Shown: positions 57,915 to 64,000 of the stretch, piece after piece
How the letters are laid out: each line of letters opens with the position of its first letter
Position numbering within the stretch: the stretch's first letter is position 1
Assembly (NCBI GenBank): GCA_964016885.1
Contig: OZ024746.1
Location: 79,856,001-79,920,000 of the forward strand
Direction of reading: 5' to 3'
Origin: Eledone cirrhosa
Taxonomy: Eukaryota
Length of the DNA stretch: 64,000 nucleotides
The notes under the pieces: model-generated
What the model was told of the DNA's origin: nothing
The model's database searches: none
Seen by the model: only the letters and a program-made list of their open reading frames with translations
Made by a program: the position numbers and the translations under genes

Positions 57915-58252
57915 GGCTTTCCAAAAATAAATGTTGTGGTATTTATATCTTTTCAGGTGGTAGGAGAGGGTGGCGAATGGGATGGGTGGAGGTCATTGGT
58001 TGAAAGAAAAGGGAATTCATTAAAAGCTAATTCTTTAAGGCTATCATTTATATTTAGAGTGACAAAGGCAGAAATAATTCTATAAACAAGTTCAGAATGG
58101 GGTGCCACTCCTTATTTTTAAGTTTCTCTTAGCTTAAGCTAATTTAATGAATTCCCTTTTCTTTCAACCACTGACCTCCACCCATCCCACTCCCCACCCT
58201 CACCTACCACCTGAAAAGATATAAATACCACAACATTTATTTTGGGAAAGCC

Positions 58253-58303
58253 AGATTCCTGATGATTTCTAAAGAATGAAACAGTTCTAGTCCTGTAGAA
58301 TCT
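58253..58303 (+). ncRNA. Type I hammerhead ribozyme, family B
   Basis: Core identical to the 14972 copy; stem I AGATTC/GAATCT. Confidence 0.8.
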
Positions 58304-58435
58304 CATCTATATTAAAACTTTTATACTCTGCTATGTATTGAGTACCTTACTTACTGTGGTTACCTCCGATTCAACCCGGAATAAGGTATATATATATATA
58401 TATATATATGTATATAAATATATATATATATATGC

Positions 58436-58520
<85 letters not shown>

Positions 58521-58913
58521 GTGTATGTATGAATATAAATATATATATAATATATATATATATATTTAACGAAGGAATTGTGGTAAGGAACCAGATGGAC
58601 CATAACGCACCAGAGTACTCAATACTTAGGTTAGTAGAGTGGGTAATAGGAAAAAGTATGAGCTCTGCCGTCGAGGTCATACTTTTTCCTATATATATAT
58701 ATTTATTTATATATATATATATGTGTGTGTGTGTGTATAAATATGTATGTATGCATTAATATATATATATATATTATTAGAAAGTGAGGTTTTTTTGCAA
58801 AATGAAAAATAACCGAGGTGTCCTACACGAGTGAAAGTATAAAGAAAAAAAGATGAAATCGAAAATGCAACTGGAGTCTTATTTTTAAAAAAATATATAT
58901 ATTTATTTGGTTC

Positions 58914-58949
58914 CTTTACCGGTTTCGCAGTTCTTCTGCTTCTCAAAAG
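58914..58949 (-). ncRNA. Hammerhead ribozyme, U3-A8 core variant (family H)
   Basis: Minus strand CTT-TTGAGAA-GCAG-AAGAA-CTGC-GAAA-CCGG-TA-AAG; palindrome ACCGGT; GUA triplet. Confidence 0.6.
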
Positions 58950-58979
58950 TAGAGTTGAGATGGAGGGTCTGTGGTTTTT

Positions 58980-59061
<82 letters not shown>

Positions 59062-59275
59062 GGCGTGTGGCTGAGTGGTTAGAGAATTGGATTCGCAACC
59101 GTAAGGTTGTCAGTTCGATTCCTGGACCAGGCGATGCGTTATGTCCTTGAGCAAGACACTTTATTTCACATTGCTCCTTCTACCTGGAGTTACGACCGAT
59201 AGATAGTATTAGCAATTGGAAAGACCAACGGAAACATTGTTCCCTCGGTCCGATTTGACGAAAGTCGATCGTCTT

Positions 59276-59311
<36 letters not shown>

Positions 59312-59351
59312 TATATAAGTAGTGTAGAGGTAACTACCTAGTGAATATGTG

Positions 59352-59384
<33 letters not shown>

Positions 59385-60135
59385 TAGGAAATAGATTATA
59401 TAGACAAGCAAATATACCAAATCCACGTATCTCTTTGTAAATATGCAGTATAGGGGTAACCAATTTATCGTATACTTCGGGTACTTCACACAGAATTTAA
59501 TATATATCAAAATTAATTATGAACATAAGCGCTAATAATATGCAAATTATTACTTCCATTCCGTATGAGCTAATTGCTCGCTATGATCTGAGTTCAAATA
59601 ATACAGCCTTCCCCCTCACATAAAATTGCGACTTTGCGCCAACTTAAATCAATATCAGCGCTCACCGAAGTTTCTAAATAATCTGTTTATAATCCCAAAA
59701 CACAGCCTACACAGATATTGCTACACACAAACGGAAACACAAACACTCACAGAGCACATCAAAGGCTTTCAATAAGAACTATTTTCATGTTTTGTTTTTG
59801 TTTTTTACTCAATGACGTCAACAATATTTAGAACATGGTTTAGTAAATTCTTCACTGTTAGTATAAGATTTAGAGTTTTCAAATCTCATTTTAACTTTTT
59901 TCAAGAAGAGTAACCTAAGAACAATAACTATGCAACTGAAATCAAAATTCTATTTTTATACATTTGACTTATGCTACTACGTTTGTAAATAAATTTTAAG
60001 CATCTCATATCGAATTAGCTTTAGGCATATGACATGTGAGATTGTTTTTCATATAACATGGACATTTATTTAATCATATGTGTATCTTTAACTTCAAAAT
60101 ACATGTATATGATGTAATAAAACATACATACTTAG

Positions 60136-60203
<68 letters not shown>

Positions 60204-60268
60204 GTATATGTATATATATACATTTCTAATAATTTCAAACCCACTCGGTGTTTCGAAAATATTCTTAG

Positions 60269-60324
<56 letters not shown>

Positions 60325-60343
60325 AAATATATATATAAATATA

Positions 60344-60414
<71 letters not shown>

Positions 60415-60459
60415 TTGTAGTTCCTGTCTGTTTGTTTGTTTGTTTATATATATATATAT

Positions 60460-60943
60460 ATATATATATAAATTTGTAGTTCCTGTCTGTTTGTTTGTTT
60501 GTTTGTTCACGAACTCCTCCTATGGTTTTGGAGATAGACCCCCATAACCATATATTCTGAAACTACATTACCCAGGGTACTTGGATAAGTATATTTCATT
60601 TTAATCAAAGGGTTTCCCGGGGGCACAAACCCCCGTTGAACATTTTATATAAATTTAAACCATAGTTAAATGACAAGATATGATGCCTATTCCCAAAAGT
60701 TTTGAATTGATATTTTGAAAATAATTATTTACAAGAAACAAAATAAGAATAAGATTTAATAATGTAATTTTGATTTGATATATTACAAAAAATGTTTTCC
60801 AATTTTTCATGCATTATATTTTTCACTGAGTAATATTGAAATTAAGAGTTTTTCTCCATAAATGATATCACTGATTTAAAATCAATCATCATTTTCTTTT
60901 TTAAAAATGTGTGAAACGCAGCAAGGCGCGGGTAATTCGGCCA

Positions 60944-60944
<1 letters not shown>
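60460..60944 (+). mobile_element. Non-autonomous Helitron-like element
   Basis: 5' atatataaatttgtagttcctgtc(tgtt)n (duplicated at 60409); 3' GC-rich hairpin cgcagcaaggcgcggg followed by CCAG|T. Confidence 0.5.
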
Positions 60945-60992
<48 letters not shown>

Positions 60993-60997
60993 CATAC

Positions 60998-61030
<33 letters not shown>

Positions 61031-61524
61031 TACATACATACATACATACATACATACATACATACATACATACATACATACATACATACATACATACATA
61101 CATACATACATACCATATTGTAGTTTGCCATGTATTTTATACAATATATATTTGGAAAAACTCGTCCCAAGTGTGTCCCTTGATAAGCTTGAGGCCTCGT
61201 GGATAAAGTGTAAGTGCTGCAATCTCGCACTTTTTCCACACAACACAAGCAAATCTGACAGCTGTTGGTGCTGGAAGAACTATTCGGTATACATTTGTCT
61301 AATGTTTCTTCATGCTTATAATTTAAATTTAGCTTCGTTTAATTAATTATTAGTTAGTTAATTTCTCTGTACTAACAAGAAATATTAGGTAAATTTTATC
61401 TGTCTGTTCTTCATTCAAACTTATAATCTTATATAGCTCTGATTAATGAATATATATTCAATGTATTCATTCATCCAACCACATTCAGTTGAAGGTGGAC
61501 AAAACCCATATATGTATCTGTGCT

Positions 61525-61557
<33 letters not shown>

Positions 61558-61705
61558 GGGGGGAGGATGTGGTGAGTCCCGGGATCAATCGGGGGTAACC
61601 TCAGTAAGTAAGGTACTCAATACATTAGTAGAGTGCATTCAACAAATTTAATATAGAAATTGCTTCTAGAACTGTTTCATTCGAAGAAAATCACCAGGAA
61701 AGGCG

Positions 61706-61748
61706 TCCTGATGATTTTTGTCGAATGAAACAGTTCTAGTCCTGTAGA
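61706..61748 (+). ncRNA. Hammerhead ribozyme, family B subfamily
   Basis: CTGATGA-TTTTTGTCGAAT-GAAA-CAG-TTCTAGTC-CTG-TA; stem I is weak in this copy. Confidence 0.6.
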
Positions 61749-61926
61749 AGACATTTCTCTATTAAATTTGTTATGTATATATATATATATATATATATAT
61801 AGTTTATCCCGGGTTCAATCGGGGGTAACCACAGTAAGTAAGGTACTCAATACAAAGCAGAGTATACATATTTAATTTAGAAAGGCTTTTACAGGACTAG
61901 TACTGTTTCATTCGGGAGAAATCCTC

Positions 61927-61961
<35 letters not shown>

Positions 61962-61963
<2 letters not shown>

Positions 61964-62303
61964 AAGTGAGTTTTATTGTAGCACAATAAAGCAATGTAAA
62001 TATCGGATAAGTAGCACTCATCCTACAAACACACAGTTTGTAGGACAGGACTATAAATAATATAAGATCAAAAGATGGTTAAAAGAGTTCCAAGTATTTT
62101 ATTATGCGCATTTCAAAAACAAATATCAACACATATTTTGATTTAAAACTTCACTATTCACAAGTGTTTTTTAAGCTTCATATCATGTATCCCTATTTTA
62201 TTTGATGAAAACGCAGATATCATCCCATGATGATATTTGTTTTTGAAATGCGCATAATAAAATACTTGGAACTCTTTTAACCATCTTTTGATCTTATATT
62301 ATA
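61962..62303 (-). mobile_element. Family G fold-back element
   Basis: About 72-bp arms 62057-62128 / 62231-62302 plus a left tail after (TA)n. Confidence 0.7.
62227..62256 (+). ncRNA. Degenerate hammerhead-like core, family G
   Basis: ATGATGA-T...T-GAAA-TGCGCA-TA with palindrome ATGCGCAT; C3 and stems I and II are not intact. Confidence 0.35.
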
Positions 62304-62429
62304 TATACATACATGCACACATATATATATGTACGTATGGGTTTACCGAACATTTATTATAATGCCCGAATTAAGCCGTACAGTGTTCGGCAACCATCGT
62401 TGCCCTTTTGTTTAACACTGACAAAGGAA

Positions 62430-62470
62430 CGATGAACTAGTTTCAAGCTTATTAGCTATCGTCAGCATCG
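62430..62470 (-). ncRNA. Hammerhead ribozyme, family D
   Basis: Minus strand CGATG-CTGACGA-T-AGCT-AATA-AGCT-T-GAAA-CTAG-TT-CATCG; 5-bp stem I and palindromic stem III AACTAGTT. Confidence 0.8.
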
Positions 62471-62603
62471 TATACCTTCCTGTAAGATGATTGAACGTTT
62501 GAAAGTATATACTTTCCTTATGCATATTAACGGCTGAGCAGCCTAATTTGTATATCGAGTGAGTTAGTCGGCCGGGCGTACCCAAAACGTTAAATGGAAA
62601 AGA

Positions 62604-62640
62604 ATGCTGACGATAGCTAATAAGCTTGAAACTAGTTCAT
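62604..62640 (+). ncRNA. Hammerhead ribozyme, family D (other arm)
   Basis: ATG-CTGACGA-TAGCTAATAAGCTT-GAAA-CTAGTT-CAT. Confidence 0.75.
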
Positions 62641-62878
62641 CGTTCCTTTGTCAGTGTTGAACAAAGGGGCAACGATGGTTGCCGAACACTGTACGGCTTA
62701 ATTCGGGATGTTTGTTTACAAACAAACCGAACATTATAATAAATGTTCGGCAAACCCATACGTACATATATATATGTGTGCATGTATATATATATATACA
62801 TACTACTGTGCGTCTGTTTACATATATGTATGTACGTATACATACTTATATTTTTATATATATATATGTATATATATG

Positions 62879-62988
<110 letters not shown>

Positions 62989-63006
62989 TATATGTATATA
63001 TATATG

Positions 63007-63069
<63 letters not shown>

Positions 63070-63183
63070 CATATCTATATCTATATATATATATATATAT
63101 ATAAATATATATATATACATATATATATATAAAAATATAAGTATGTATACGTACATACATATATGTAAACAGACGCACAGTAG

Positions 63184-63233
<50 letters not shown>

Positions 63234-63285
63234 CATGCACACATATATATATATGTACGTATGGGTTTATATATATAAATATATA

Positions 63286-63357
<72 letters not shown>

Positions 63358-63737
63358 CAACGAAGGCTATACAATCGAGACTATATTAGCATCCAGTAGA
63401 TGAGGTGTAACATTTGTAAGTATGTAATACCTTTCCATTTAGATACTACAGACTAATGATAACCATTATAAAGAACTTAAAACGAACAACACAGTTTGAT
63501 TGAGAGAATAAATTAGTCATTACTTAAATTAGTGATGATATTATTAAGGCGAGTAATATCATCAGCATTTTCGTAATACAAATAGACTGTTCATGATATA
63601 ACCAGGATTATAAATCGTACAATAGTTGATATACAATAAATACATACAATCGCATAACGAACGAAATGTACTGACATGGAAATTAATAAAGAAGTCAGTA
63701 CCTATTACACAAATCATTCTTCACAAGTAGTGGTGTG

Positions 63738-63755
63738 CTGCTCTCTCTCTCTCTT

Positions 63756-63825
<70 letters not shown>

Positions 63826-63882
63826 ATTGGATGTTAGATAAACAAATTTGACACTTTCTGCAATATATATATATATATATCC

Positions 63883-63956
<74 letters not shown>

Positions 63957-63995
63957 ATTGGATGTTAGATAAACAAATTTGACACTTTCTGCAAT
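63738..63995. repeat. Tandem duplication of (CT)n plus an approximately 44-bp unique segment
   Basis: ccctattggatgttagataaacaaatttgacactttctgcaata occurs at about 63822 and about 63953. Confidence 0.9.
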
Positions 63996-64000
63996 AACCA

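Larger units (their letters stand above)
57847..58386 (+). mobile_element. Family B fold-back element in (TA)n
   Basis: About 180-bp inverted arms (57847-58028 / 58137-58320) plus right tail 58321-58386. Relatives at 14972-15110, 61575-61773 and 61803-61928. Confidence 0.8.

Noticed and set aside
59058-59135. tRNA-like sequence with A and B boxes
   Set aside because: It continues into the CORE-like SINE body and has no proper acceptor stem, so it is a SINE head rather than a tRNA gene.

Overview
This is 64 kb of AT-rich, extremely microsatellite-dense animal DNA. The SINE repertoire, the (TA)/(CA)/(TACA) density and a TTAGGG tract suggest a cephalopod such as octopus, but that is inference. 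I found no host protein-coding gene, and almost all listed ORFs are translated microsatellites. Recognisable elements are: a 5'-truncated RLE-type (R4/Dong-like) non-LTR retrotransposon inside (TACA)n (32644-34045) plus two related fragments; several RTE-clade LINE remnants; a short RTE-derived family with (TATG)n tails; two tRNA-derived SINE families (>30 copies or fragments); two non-autonomous Helitron-like elements; and a Penelope-like (PLE) GIY-YIG C-terminal remnant absent from the ORF track (40353-40652). The most striking signal is a set of at least six distinct small repeat families, mostly in (TA)n tracts, carrying minimal type I hammerhead ribozyme motifs (CUGANGA...GAAA...NUH, usually with a palindromic stem III). 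Most form asymmetric fold-back inverted repeats with a one-sided tail. They include non-canonical cores (U10.1-U11.1, U3-A8, U4A) and one chimera joined exactly at two predicted cleavage sites. All calls were made by eye, with no folding software, alignments or database searches.
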